Shown here: positions 41,170 through 57,916 of the stretch, one piece after another
Numbering within the stretch: the stretch's first letter is position 1
Layout: every line of letters begins with the position of its first letter
Assembly (NCBI RefSeq): GCF_009914755.1
Contig: NC_060933.1
Strand: one strand, 5' to 3'
DNA length: 64,000 nucleotides
Source: the human T2T-CHM13v2.0 reference genome, Homo sapiens
Translations under genes and position numbers: made by a program
Notes under the pieces: generated by a model
Seen by the model: the letters and a program-made list of their open reading frames with translations, nothing else
Database searches by the model: none
Told to the model about the DNA's origin: nothing

Positions 41170-42412
41170 GTAATAGAAAAAAAATAAGGAAAAAGCTCAT
41201 TGACATTGGTTTGAGCAACGATTTTTTGAGTATGATCCCAAAAGCTTAGGCCAGCAAAGCAACAGTAGACAAATGGGATTACATCAAAGTAAAAAGCTTC
41301 TGCACAGCAAGGATACAATCAACAGAGTGAGAGACAACCTATGAAATGAGAGAATATATTTGCAAACCATATACCTGATAAGGAGTTAATATCTATCATA
41401 TATGAGGAATTCAAACAGCTCAATAGTAAGAAAACAAATAACCTGATTTAAAAAATGGGTAAAGGACCTTAATAGACAGTTCTCAAAAGAAGACCTGCAA
41501 ATGGCGAACAGGTATATAAAAATGTTCAGCATCACTAATTATCAAGAAAATGCAAATTAAAACCACAATGAGATATGACCTCACACCTGTTAGGATGGCT
41601 ATTACCAAAAAGAAGAAAAATATCAAGTGTTCGTGAGGATTTTGAGAACAGGGAACCCCTGTATCCTGTTGGTGGGAATATAAATTAGTATAGCCACTAT
41701 GGAGAAAGAGTATGGATGTTGTTCAAAAAATTAAAAAAGAACAACCATATGATCCAGCAATCCCACTACTGGGTATATATTCAAAGGAACTGAGGTCAAT
41801 ATGTCAAAGAGATATCTGCAGTCCCATGTTCACTGTAGCATTATTCACAATATCCAAGGTACGGAATGTCCTAACCTAAATGTCCACCAACAAGTAAGTA
41901 GATAAAACATGTGGTGTATACACGCAATGGAATACTAGACAGCTTAAAAAGAAGGAAATCTTGTTATTTGCAATAACCAACATAAATGAACCTAGAGGAC
42001 ATTATGATTGGTGAACTATGCCAGGCACAGAAAGATACGTATCATATAATATCACTTACGTGTGGAGCACAAAAACGTCAAACTCATAGAAATAGAGTAA
42101 AATGGTGGTTACTAGAGGCTGGGGAGTATAGGATTAGGAAGATATTGGTCAAAAGGCACAGAATTTTCATGAAACAGGAGGCATAAGTTCAAAAGGTCTA
42201 TTGTATATCATGTTGAACACAATTAATAACACTATATTGCATATTTTGAAAAATGCTGGGAATTGATTTTAAGTGTTCTTGCCACAAAAGAATAAGTGAG
42301 GTAATGTATGTGCTAAAAAGCTTGATTTAGCCATTCCACAATGTATACATATATCAGATCATCATATTGTACACCATAAGTATGTACAATTTTACTAGCC
42401 AATTAAATAAGA
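41170..42412 (+). mobile_element. L1MA-type 3' fragment
   Basis: ORF2 end plus 3'UTR GCTTGATTTAGCCATTCCACAATGTATACATATATC. Confidence 0.88.
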
Positions 42413-44644
42413 GAAAAATGAATGCATAAGTTTTCATCATATATAGGTATTGATTTTTCCAGAGAGATGATCAGTCACGAATAATGGTATCCTCATTCAT
42501 GCTTTTTTAAAAAAGCCAAATGTAGACTTGAGGCTCTAGCAAATGAGTGCTGACTTCTATCTTACTGCATCCTTGAATGCATATACGCTTACTCAGTGAT
42601 CGTTTGTAAAAGACAAAGCAGGGTGCAGAATGGTTTCATTTCACACCTGGAATCAGCTCTCTGGGGAAATTTTAAGATCAAAACAGTAAAACAAACAGCA
42701 AGGTCCAGTAGAAATTAGTTCTTAACTTGCTGCATTTTAACACCTCTCTGGCCATACAAATATGCCCACACAGGTAACTAGGGTAGAGAAGTGGACACCA
42801 CCTAGTGTATGCTAAGTAATTGGATCATCACCTGAATGAATTCTTCCACCCTTATATGGTACTTTCAATATAACTTGGGAAAACTTCTCTCTCATTCAAC
42901 TCATTGTCACTAGATTTAATAATTCATAATGTAGTTATCTCTAATGCTAAAGGATAGGATGTTTTGGCTGATAACAGTATCAGTGTATAAATCCGTCAGA
43001 AAAGGGCAAAATCTTAGGAGCTCACTATGGATCACAAGGTTATGGGTCCAAGGTAGAACAAGCATGATTGCTCTAATGCTTAAACTATCATGCTAATTTC
43101 TATATATAAAATAATTTTTATTAATATTTCTAAAATTTCATTATCTATTGCTCATAACTCCCAGAAAGTAATATAAATTTTAGTTCCTGAAGAATCATTA
43201 GCTATTTAAGAAAACATTCAAAACACAAGAACATAGAAAGAATTTTCCACTTATGTTATGAGTTATTTAACTTCTAAAAATCTTTTTCTCCTCCTCTTTA
43301 AATAAGAAAAATTATTATCTCTGAGGCTATTGAAAAGACTGACTTAGCGCATGTAAATATTTAACATACCAACCCATATTATGAGTGTAACAAAAGCTAA
43401 CATAATTTATTTTTTAACAATCCTAACTCTATGGGAAACAAAACAGAAACACTTTTTCCAACCAGTTCCTTCTAACAGGCCCTGCTGGATCTCCTTTCTC
43501 ATCCTTGATGACATCTGGAATGATTCTTTCAGGTTTTTGGCTGAAATGAAAATCAGATTTTGTAACTAAGAATTCACTTTCAAATAATACAGTCTAGACC
43601 AAAACTGCAATTTCCTACCCATTTCAAACAGTCTACCCTCACATCAATTTATACATGATCCAGTCTTAGATACCTCTGCAGGGGAAAGAAAGGTCCTTAC
43701 TCTTCCTTTTCTTTCACTTCTTCTGCTCTCTTTCTTTCATTTGCTCCTTCTTTCCCTCTGTTGCTGCTTGGTCCTCTTCCTCGTCCATCATATTGGTACT
43801 CAAGAGAGGGGATTAATAAAAGTGCTGCTGTAATCTGACCACTTGTTCCCTCAGCATGGCAGATGCCCGAATGCCAGCTAGCTCACTTAGGAGAACATTT
43901 GTAGCTCTTCCATGGAGATTACAGTGACCTTCCCATTGTACACTTTCCTCAGGCAAGCAAAACAATATCCACCTGACCTCTTGCAACCTCCCACTGTTCA
44001 TTTTCTGCTATCAGCAGATGCTCCTATAACTTCACGCCACCAGGGACGCTTTGCCCTAGGCAAGCTATCCTCATAGGCATGGCTCCATCCAAATATCTTC
44101 ATCCCGCTTATCTTATGAGGTGCTCAGTGAGCCCATAGGAAACTCATGCATTCTTGTCAAACCAAAAGTTGAATGTTTCCTCTGCTTCTTATGGCCTTCC
44201 TCTCTTGTCCTGCTGTCAGACATCACTCCACAAAGATTGCCAACTTTCACATTCTCAGAGCAGGAGTCAAAAAATAGTCTCTTTATTTAAGTACACTCTA
44301 AAACCCTCAGAATGCACATCAGGCACTTCCAAGAATTTCCTCCCTTCATCCTACTCCTGTCTCAAAATAAAATACACGAACAAGTCTCTGCAGCTCAACA
44401 CACTTCCAGCTAGGGTATGAGATGTCATCACCTCATCTTGTAACCACCTCAAATCTCTGAGGGATTATCTTGGAGTCTCCCTCACTTGACTTGAAGGTAA
44501 AGAAGAGAAGAAAAAAATACTTTACCCTTAAGCCTATGACTCCTTATTCACACATTTTTTCTTCATTTTTTTTATCTTCTGACTATATAGGTTGAGTAGC
44601 AGGTGAATGAATAATTCAAAAGACTGTATTATTAAGTCCTAGAA

Positions 44645-44853
44645 GAGGATTTCTCAATCACACTTTGGACAAGAACTCTTTGTTGGTTTGAGGAGGCTGA
44701 TCTGCACACTGTAAGATGTTTAGCAGTGTCCCTACCTTCTACCCATTAGATGACAGTAGCATTTCCTCCCTCTCAGGTGTGACAACCAGAAATGTCTCTA
44801 GACATTGCCAAATGTTCTAGGTGGGGCAATATTACCCCAGCTGAGAATCCCTA
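44645..44853. mobile_element. MER20 (hAT-Charlie)
   Basis: GATGTTTAGCAGTGTCCCT...GTGACAACCAGAAATGTCTCTAGACATTGCCAAATG; TTCTCA/TGAGAA termini. Confidence 0.88.
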
Positions 44854-47439
44854 CCCTAGAAGAATGTTAACTAGCTACAGTTGAGCATTCTCTTTAGATT
44901 ATGGAGGTATTCTTTGTACTCCTCAGCTTCCGGGTTTTAACTGAAATTTTAAGAGCAAAGGTCATGTACTTATATTAGTTCCCCATTCCTTATATCTGTT
45001 TGTCTGTTGATTAAGTGGACATTCATTTTATTCACTAAATAAATATTCATGTTCTGCTTTGTAAAAGACACTGCCCAAGGACTGAGTAAACAGACCCTGT
45101 CCCATGGGAGATTACAAGGCTGACGATACTTGAGATATCATAGAGACTTCAACAGATACACAATATAATAAAAGTGGTGACTGAAGATGACCTGGGCATC
45201 ATTTTGCATAATGAAAAGAAAGGGAAATTTTGAAGCTACAGAGAAAAATTAGAAAACAGTGGCCATTTTTAAAGTAACAATGATCTAAGTTTGACCCCTG
45301 GCAATAAAGAGGAACGAATAAAACAGAGGAAATTTTTGAAGACAACAGATAAAATTTTGTACGAGGCTGATAGATGAAAATAAGAGGGGAAAAAAAGAGT
45401 TCTTCAGTTTCAGTTTAACGAAGGGGAGATTTATCACAGTTGTGCTACCACTTGAAGATACAGAATTGTTGGGATTTTTTACAAAACTGCTAGGCAGATG
45501 ATTATAACAAAGCAATAACTAGTTGGGTTTTTGGAATATTGATAGTTGGTTAGTTTGACCAGAGGATGGGCTATTCAAGGCAATTCCGTATACAGAAATC
45601 CAGGATATGGGCTTCTCCAGAAAAGATGCATTGTTCTTCATCTCATTTTTCAAGGACACTCTTAAGATATACACAAATGGATTGGTTTATTCCTCAATTA
45701 TGTTTTGAGAAAAATAGCATATTACCAACTCATATTCTCAAACTAGAATTCAGGCTATTCCACAATAAAACACAAAATTTAAACTGCCTCTCTGATGACT
45801 TTACCTAAGCAGAATCAGCCTAAAGACAAAAAGAAAATATTTTATCTTCACAGATCAGAGATATAAATCTTCACAGAACCTTAAGATGACAGGTATTTTA
45901 AAAATAAAGTCTAATTAGAAATGTAAGAAGCTTTTCTTTAAAATAACAGGGCAATTGGACAGCACTTGTTAAAATAATCAGATTCTAAAGATAGTATAAA
46001 AATATAAGTGGCCATAAAATTGCTTAGCAAAAAAATGTTTTATGGGAATAGAATAAGAAATAAGAACTATTTCTTATTCCTCCTATTTGCCCCTTATTCC
46101 ACTGCATTTTCTCTAACTTTAAATCAAGAGGGTTAAATTTAGAAAACTATCGTTCTATGAAAATGAACCTATTATGTCAGATCCCCTCAAACCTCTGCCA
46201 ACCATCTGCAGCTCCCACACTGGTTCCTTCATTCATCTCCAGCTTTTGCTGACATCCACAAGAACACATTTTAGGAGTCCTAGAGTCCTGAGTTCAGTTC
46301 TCAAGTGTACCCTGATAAGATTACTCTGTAAACTCAGGTGAGTACTTCTCTACAAATTAATTTCTTTATTTAAAAAGTAAAGATATTACTTTCCCCACAT
46401 GGTTGTTATGATAATTAAATGAGTTAATTAAAGAGTCACATAATATAACAAATACAGAGTTCATTTTAGTTGTTCTTCCCCTTCCTTTTTCTTTCTGCCA
46501 AGTGATTTAGAAATAGGAGATATGAAAGACATGCTATACCTACTGTGTATTTGCCATTACATATGTTGAAGCAATACAGATAAAAAAGATACAGAATAAT
46601 TTGTGCAATACAATCTGAACAATGTCAAATCAATTTTTTTAAAACCATACATAATTATGAATATTAAAAAAGAATGCAAAAACATATATTTATTAACAGT
46701 GATTATTTTGGATGGTAGAAAATGAATCGATATTTATCCCTTTCACTGTTCTGTTTCCCAATCTTTATATAATATTTAATTTCCTAATGAAAAATATAAA
46801 TAAACTTCATAGAAAGGAAAAACTACTTAAAGGAAACTCCAATGTTCTCATTAATGAATACAAAGGCTACTGAATTCACTAGTGACTCAGAAAACTAATT
46901 CTCACACAAAATAAGATAATATTTTTTCACAAACTGTTATTTTGCCTACACGTGGACCAAACTCCAGTGGTACCCATGGAATATATCATAGCCCTCAAAC
47001 ACTGTGTACAACAATGACTTTGGTCTTCTCTTAAAAATAATAATAATATAGTATTTTTAAAATGACTCGTCATTATTATGATAATAACATTAATCTAATC
47101 GGCTTTTAAATAAACCAGTCATCTTTATACAGATTAATGCTTAATAATGTAATTCATATGACTTAGACTTTTTTCTTGCAAAAGTGGTTTGCAAATCTTA
47201 ATAGTTAGGAATATATATTCACTGCTCTCCAGGTCAGTTTTCCCTTTTTTTTTTTTTTTTTTTTGGCTGACTTTTTGCAGGTACTCAAAGTGTTTCTTAA
47301 ATACTGTTAAATACTGCAACAGTGGAAGCCTAATCCACATACCACATTGCCATTTCAATTCAGAATCACATAGAACCTATTTATTGTCTCCCTCCCCCAC
47401 CATCCCTAGCAGTGACCTGTAAGGGGAAAACAAAAGATC

Positions 47440-47623
47440 TTAGTCAAGAACTTTTTCACTATATTGTAATTTGTTATCTACATATCTATTTTCCTCTAAT
47501 AATGTGTTCTCCTTTAAGACGGAGGGGGAGATTTGATCTTTTTTGTGTCCCTTGATCAGTTGCTGGACCACAGGATATGTTCAATCATAAACACTTGATG
47601 AATGAATGAATGAATGAATGAAT
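47440..47623 (+). mobile_element. L2 3' end with (TGAA)n tail
   Basis: ATAAACACTTGATGAATGAATGAATGAATGAATGAATG. Confidence 0.65.
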
Positions 47624-47988
47624 GGTTTGAAATGGAAGGAATCTTAAAAGATCATACAGCCCAGTTTCCACTGACTTTTAAAACACTTTACCTAGCATTA
47701 CCAACAAATGGTCAGCTATACTCCTTTTGGCCTCATTATCCTATAGCAGAACACTCAGGGACCATAATTCTCTTCACCTGGTTTCAGAACTTAGGTTCAT
47801 TAGAAACCTTTTATAACTGAAATGTATATTTCATTGATTATCTTTCACTGGGGTCTCTTACATGCCTGCCTTCTGTTTTTCTTAAATTGAACACATCATA
47901 CTAGCATAGGTCTTTCTAAATTAAAATTCAAAGAGCACTACCTTCAACACATTTCATCCCCATTTACACTGGTTTTCACTGCCCGCAG

Positions 47989-50900
47989 TGATTGCTCTGG
48001 CTAAGACTATCAGCACTATGCTGAATAGAAATGGTGAAAGTGGGCAGCCTTGTCTTGTTCCAGTTTTCAGAGGAAATGCTTTCAACTTTTCCCCATTCAG
48101 TATAATGTTGGCTGTGGGTGTGTCATAGAAGGCTTTTATTGCCTTAAGGTATGTTCCTTCTATGCTGATTTTGCTGCTGATTTTAATCATAAAGAATGCT
48201 GGATTTTGTCAAATGCTTTTTCTGCATCTACTGAGATGATCACATGATTTTTGTTTTTAGTTCTGTTTATGTGGTGTATCACATTTATTGACTTGTGAAT
48301 GTTAAACCATCCCTGCATCACTGGTATGAAACCCACTTGATCATAATGGAGTATCTTTTTGACATGCTGTTGATTCTGTTCGCTAGTATTCTGTTGAAAA
48401 TTTTTGCATCTATGTTCATTGGGGATATTGGTCCATAGTTTTCTTTTTCTGTTAGGTCCTTTCCTGATTTTGGTGTTAGGGTGATAATGGATTCATAAAG
48501 TTATTTGGGGAGGATTCACCCTTTCTCTGTCTTTTGGAATAGTGTCAATAAGATTGGTACCAAGTCTTCTTTGAATGTCTGATTGAATTCAGCTGTGAAT
48601 CTGCCTAATCCTAGACTTTTTTTGTTGGTAACTTTTTAATTACAATTTCAATCTTCCTGCTTGTTATCGGTCTGTTCGGAGTTTCTATCTCCTCCTGGTT
48701 TAATTGAGAAGGGTTATATATTTCCAGGAATGTATCCATCACCTTCATGATTTCTAGTTTATGCACGTAAAGGTGTTCAAAGTAGCCTGGAATGATATTT
48801 TGTATTTATGTGGTATCGGTTATAATATCTTCTATTACATTTCTATTTGAATCTTCTCTCTTCTTTTCTTGTAATCTCACTAATGGTCTATCAATTTTAT
48901 TTATCTTTTCAAAGAACCAGTTTTTTGTTTCATTAATTTTTTGTATTTTTTGTTTCAATTTCATTTAGTTCTGCTCTGATTTGGTTATTTCTTTTCTTCT
49001 GCTGGGTTTGGGTTTGGTTTGTTCTTGTTTCTCCATGTTCTTGAGGTGTAACCTTAGATTGTCTATTTGTATTCTTTCAGACTTTTTGATATAGGCATTT
49101 AATGCTATGAACTTTCCTCTTTGCACTGCTTTTGCTGTATCTCAGAGGTTGTGATAGGCTGGGTAGCTATTATAGATCAGTTCAAACAATTTTTTAATTT
49201 CCATCTTGATTTCATTGTTGGCCCAGTGATAATTCAGGAGCAGGTTATTTAATTTCCATGTATTTGCATGGTTTTGGAGTTGATTCCCAATTTTATTCCA
49301 CTCCAGTCTGGGAGAGTAGTGGATATTTTATTTTGGTAAATTTGTCAAGACTTGTTTTGTGGTCTATCACATGGTCTATCTCGGAGACTGTTCCATGTAC
49401 TGATGAATAGAATGTATATTCTACAGGTGTTGGGTAGAATGTTCTGTAAATATCTTTTAAGTCAATTTGTTCCAGGGTATAGTTTAAACCCATTGTTTCT
49501 TTGTTGACTTTCTCTCTTGGTGACCTGTCTAGTGCTGTCAGTGTAGTATTGAAGTCCTCTACTATTATTGTGTTGCTGTCTATCTCATTTCTTAGGTCTA
49601 GTAGTAATTGTTTTATAAATTTGGGAGCTCCAGTGTTAGGTGCATATATATTTAGGACTGTCATATTTTCCTGTTAGACTAGTCCTTGTATCATTATATA
49701 ATATCACTCTTTGTCTTTTTTAACAGCTGTTCCTTTAAAGTTTGTTTGCCTGATATGAGAATAGTGAGCCCTGCTTCCTTTTGGTGTCCATTTTCATGAA
49801 CTATCTTTTTCCACCCCTTTACCTTAAGTTTATGTGAGTCCTTATGTGTCAGGTGAGTTTCTTGAAGACAGTAGATACTTAGTTGGTGAGTTTTTATCCA
49901 TTCTGCCATTCTGTATCTTTTAAGTGGAGCATTTAGACCATTTACATTCAATGTTAGTATTGAGATGTGAGGTACTATTCTATTCATCATGCTATTTTTT
50001 GCCTGAATGATGTGTTTTTTCTTCATCGTGTTATTGTTTTTGTAGGTCCTGTGAGATTTATGCTTTAAGGAGATTCTATTTTGGTGTATTTTGAGGATTT
50101 GTTTCAAGATTTGGAGCTCCTTTTAGCAGTTCTTTTAGTTCTGGCTTGATAATGGCAAATTCTCTCACATTTGTTTTTCTGAAAAAGACTGCATCTTTCC
50201 TGCATTTATCAAGCTTAGCTTTGCTGGATACAAAATTGTTGGCTGATAATTGTTTTGTTTAAGGAGGCTAAAGATAGGACCCCAATCCCTTCTAGCTTGT
50301 AAAGTTTGGCTGAGAAATTTGCTGTTAATCTGATAGGTTTTCCTTTATAGGTTATCTGATGCTTTTTCCTCACAACTCTTAAGATTCTTTCCTTCATCTT
50401 GACTTTAGATAACCTCATGACTATGTGCCTAGGTGATGATCTTTTTGCAATGAATTTCCCAGGTGTTCTTTGAGCTTCTTATATTTGAATGTCTAGATCT
50501 CTAAAAAGGCCAGGGAAGTTTGCCTTGATTATTCCCTCAACTATGTTTTCCAAACTTTTAGATTTCTCTTCTTCCTCGGGATCACCAATTATTCTTAGGT
50601 TTGGTCACTTAACATAATCCCAGACTTGGAGGCTTTGTTCATTTTTTCTTTTCCTTTGTCGGATTGGGTTAATTTGAAAGCCTTGTCTTCGAGTCCTAAA
50701 GTTCTTTCTTATACTTGTTCAGTTCTATTGCTGAGACTTTCTAGTGCATTTTGCATTTCTCTGAGTCCTTGATTTCCAGAAGTTATGATTTTTTTATTTA
50801 TGCTATCTATTTCACTGGAGATTTTTCCATTCATATCCCATGTCTTTTTTTTTTTCAAATTCATCTAAGTTGGGCATCACCTTTCTCAGATGCCTCCTTG

Positions 50901-52104
50901 ACTGGCTTAATAGTAGATCTTCTAAATTCTTTCTCTGGCAGTCCAGAGATTTTGCCTTGGTTGGGATCCATTGCTGGTGAGCTAGTGTGATCTTTCAGGG
51001 GTGTTAAAGAACCTTGTTTTGTCATATTACCAGAATTGTTTTTCTGGTTCCTTCCCATTTGAGTAGACTATGTCAGAGGGAAGATCTATGACTCAAAGGC
51101 TGAAGTTCAAATTCTTTTGTCCCACAGGGTGGTCCCTTGATGTACTGCTCTTCCCTTTCCCCTAGGGATGGGGCCTTCTGAGAGCTGAACTGCAGTGATT
51201 GGTATTTTTCTTCAGAATCTTGCCACCCAGAAGAGCTACCAGGCCCTTGGCTGGTACTAGAGATAGTATGCAAAGAGTCCTGTGATGTGATCCATCTTCT
51301 GATCTGTCAGCCATGGATTCCAGCACCTACTCCAGTGGAGGTAGCAGGGGAGTGAAGTGGACTCTGTGAGGATCCTTTGGTTGTATTTTTGTTTAGTGTG
51401 CTGATTTTGTGTTGGTTGGCCTCCAGCGAGGAAGTGCCACTTTCAAGAGCACATCAGCTCTGGTTGTATAGGGAGGATCAGGCGCTGGGTGGGGCCATAG
51501 AGCTCCCAAGAGATTATGTCCTTTGTCTTCAGCTACCAGGGCAGGTAGGGAAAAAAACATCAGGTGAGGTCAGGGTTAGGCATGTCTGAACTCAAGACTC
51601 TCCTTGGATGGGGATTGTTGTGGCTGCTGTGGGGCAGAGGGTATGGTTCCCCAGCCCCTCCATAAGCCAATGGAGTTATGTTCCCTGGGGAATTATGGCT
51701 GTCTCTGCTGTGTCACACTGGTCACCAGGGAAGTGGGGTAAAGCCAGCAGCCACAGGCTTCACTCAGCTCCCACGCAGCCCACAACCCCAAAGGCTGGTC
51801 TTGGTCTCATTCCCACCAGCACTGAGTTTATTTGCAGGCAGCTGGTGAGCTGGGCTGAGAACTTGCCCCAGGCTACAAGCCTCCCAGCTGAGAAAGCAAG
51901 TTGACTCACAGTTCCTCAAATGACCTATGGGGCCTGCAGCAGCAGACCACCTCGTTCAAAGGGTCTGTGGATTCTCTCAGCTTTTCTGGTATATTCTTGT
52001 GGTAGTTCTTGGAGCAAAAGTTCATGATGTCAGTCTCCACATGCTACTCTGTCCATCCAAGTGGGAGCTGCAAGTTAGTCCTGCCTGCTATCCTCCATTT
52101 TCCT
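47989..52104 (-). mobile_element. L1PB-like 5' half (5'UTR, ORF1, EN to mid-RT); 3' half missing
   Basis: ORF1 MGRNQKNNSGNM and ITYKGKPIRLTA; EN ILTLNVNGLNAPLKR and LNIYAPNTGAP; [13 protein letters not shown]; 5' end GCAGGACTAACTTGCAGCTCCCAC on minus. Confidence 0.92.
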
Positions 52105-53734
52105 GGGCTATCAAAATGACTGTTTTTGATAAATTTAAGGTGGCTGGATAAAACACAAGATGCTGAGATAAGTTTTAATTTCAGACAGTTTTAGTATAAG
52201 TGTGTTCCTTGAAATCTTTGAAACATACTGATACTGTATTTTTATCTGCCAACTTTAACAATCCTACATACATTGGACAATAGTCACAAGACAGTGGATA
52301 TTGAAAGAAGAAAAGGCAATGAGGTGAGGCCAATGATAATCCCAGTTTTAAGGTTAGAGGCAACTATGGACTATGGTTTCAAGGTCAGGGAACCCAAACA
52401 GAGTCCAGAAGTCTAAAACAGAAGAAAGCCTGCAGACAAAAATTAGAGTTCAGGGAGGCTAACTTTAGAGGACAGAATACCACAGAGCAGAAAGATACAT
52501 GGAAACAGAGTTCTGCAAATTTGCATAGGGATCACCTTGAGTCCTTGGTTGTAATTGCTTAGGATAAAAATTCATAAGGCAGGAAAAACAAAAAATGCTG
52601 GAAAAAGAACAATAATCAAGGGACTATAAGTCAAATAATTCCAAGAGTTCACACAGGGCCAGAGTTTCCACTAGTCAGAGTGGAAAGGTCTCAATTAGTA
52701 CATAGGACTTCCAGTAAAGACCCCAGAAAGATGAAGATTTAAAAGTAGAGATAAAGTAACACTAGACTAAATTCTACTCCATATGTACCCAAAAATGATA
52801 CACAGCAAGCCATGAAAGAATCAAATTTATAAAGGAGTAACTTAACTGCTGGCCAGAACAAAGACCCACACTGAACACCAAAATATTTATTATTCCTCAA
52901 CAATGTAACATTCATAACGTCAAAAATCCAATTAAAAATTCTTAGACATCCAAAGCAGGAAAATATGATATTTTACCAAAAGAAAAAACAGTCCATAGAA
53001 ACAGACTGAAAAATGACAGAGATGATGGAATTAGCAGGCAAAGACTTTTAAAAAGCTATTGTAAATATGCTCAATGTCCACAAAGTTGTAACATTAAAAT
53101 GAAAAAGTGAGAAATTAAAAATATTTTTAAAAAGAAGCACTTCCAAAGCTGAGATATACTGTTTGAAAAATTATGAATATACTTAAAAACAAATATAAAT
53201 ATAACAACAGAATTAAAAATATTAGTGCATTCAAAAACTTGTCAATAAAACTATCTAAACATATCCACAGAGAGAAAAAAGAGTAGAAAAAAAGAGATTC
53301 AGTGACATGTAGGACAATATCAAACAACTAATATACAACCAACTGAATACCCAGAAGGAGAGAAGTTGTGGGGGTACAGAAAAAAATCATTTGAATAAAT
53401 TATCACTAAACTTTTCCAAACTTGATAAAAATGTAAATATGTGGATCCAAGAAGATCAGCAAACCCTAAGGAGATACAAACAGACAAAAAGACATACAGC
53501 CATCTCATAACTAAATTGCTAAAAATCAGTCATAAATAGAAAGTATTAAAATCAGCCAGAGCAAAAAGGAACCCAGCACATAGGGAAAAACAGCTAGGAA
53601 TGTCCCCTGATTTCTTGTCAGCAAAATGAAAACCATAAGACAATGAAGGAACAACTTTAACATGATTAAAAGTAACAACTCTCAACTTTGAATACTGTAC
53701 TCATCAACAACAAAAATATTCTTACAAATAAAGG

Positions 53735-56310
<2,576 letters not shown>

Positions 56311-57576
56311 AAAAGGTAACTAAAGACTCTCAAAAAAATAAAATCTGAATTTATCACAACCAAACTAATACTATAAAAAATGCTAGAGTTCTTCAGGTAG
56401 AAAGAACCTTTTACCAGATATAAACTCAGATCCACACAAGAAATAAAGAATAATAAAACTGTAAATACATGGGTAAATATAGACAATGTCTTCTCATATT
56501 TTAATTTCCTCAAAAGATTAATTGGGAGGTAGTACTTCCAGAATGTCAGAATACCCAACTGTTTCCCAAAAACCAATAATACTGGATAAATGTGTCAAAA
56601 ACAGTAATTCCAGGGCTCTGGAAACCAACAACATGCATACAACAAACTGAGCAGTGTTTATTCAAGAAAAGCTACTGAAACTTGAATAAGAAAAATAGGA
56701 GTTTGTGGTGTTTTAGCCTGGGAATGCTACCATACACCCCTCCCCTAGCTCCATCAAAATTGGAATTCTACCAGAGGAAGATAACATCGGAAAAACAGAT
56801 GCTTTACTGCTAAAGAAAGCTGATTTGATTTTAAGCAGACTGTGGGAAAACGACATGCCATTGGAAAATAGTTTACAACCAAATTGGAAAATCATATCAT
56901 AGCTAATCTAAAATTGCAATCTAATTGTGGCAAGCAACAGACCAGCAGAGAAGCAAGAACTTTAAAAGTAATACCCAGGTAATTAGAAAGTCATAGTGAG
57001 CCTTGAGAAACTCCTACATGCTCTTTTGGCCTGAAAAGCTGTGTTCATTTACAAGGTTATGCACATGATTGGGAGACAACAGGGAGGCAACTAGCCAGCC
57101 ACACATCCCTGAATGTACATAAGACCTGCATATGAACGAAAGAGACATGAGAGAACATAAAATAAAAGATGGGTCAAATTCATAAACTGCCTAAACTTTA
57201 TATGCATTCCCCAATCCAAACACAGATTCATAGGCGAGGTATACAATCCTTACTTATGTTATAAATTGAGTACAACCACTGACTAATTAATATCTGACCT
57301 TTAAATTATGCTAACCCCGTAAGAAATCATAATTTTTTAAAATATCTGAGCACAGATATTAGTGACCACATACCACAAGAGATAATTAGTACAGGCATGT
57401 CACTTAACAAACCAACAAGTAGCACTAAAAACAACTGCGGCAAGATTAAAATACAGAGTGGCTAGATTATCTTAAATGTCCAGTTTTTAGCAAAAAAACA
57501 AATTAAACATGCGGAGAGAAAAAAGAAATATGACTATATTCAGGGAAAAAGAGCAACCAGTAGAAACTGTATTTGA

Positions 57577-57916
<340 letters not shown>

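Noticed and set aside
42739-42808. Two weaker CTCF-like motifs (ACACTAGGTGGTGT and TGGCCAGAGAGGTG on minus)
   Set aside because: Mismatches or a gap at core positions; not supportable without ChIP data.
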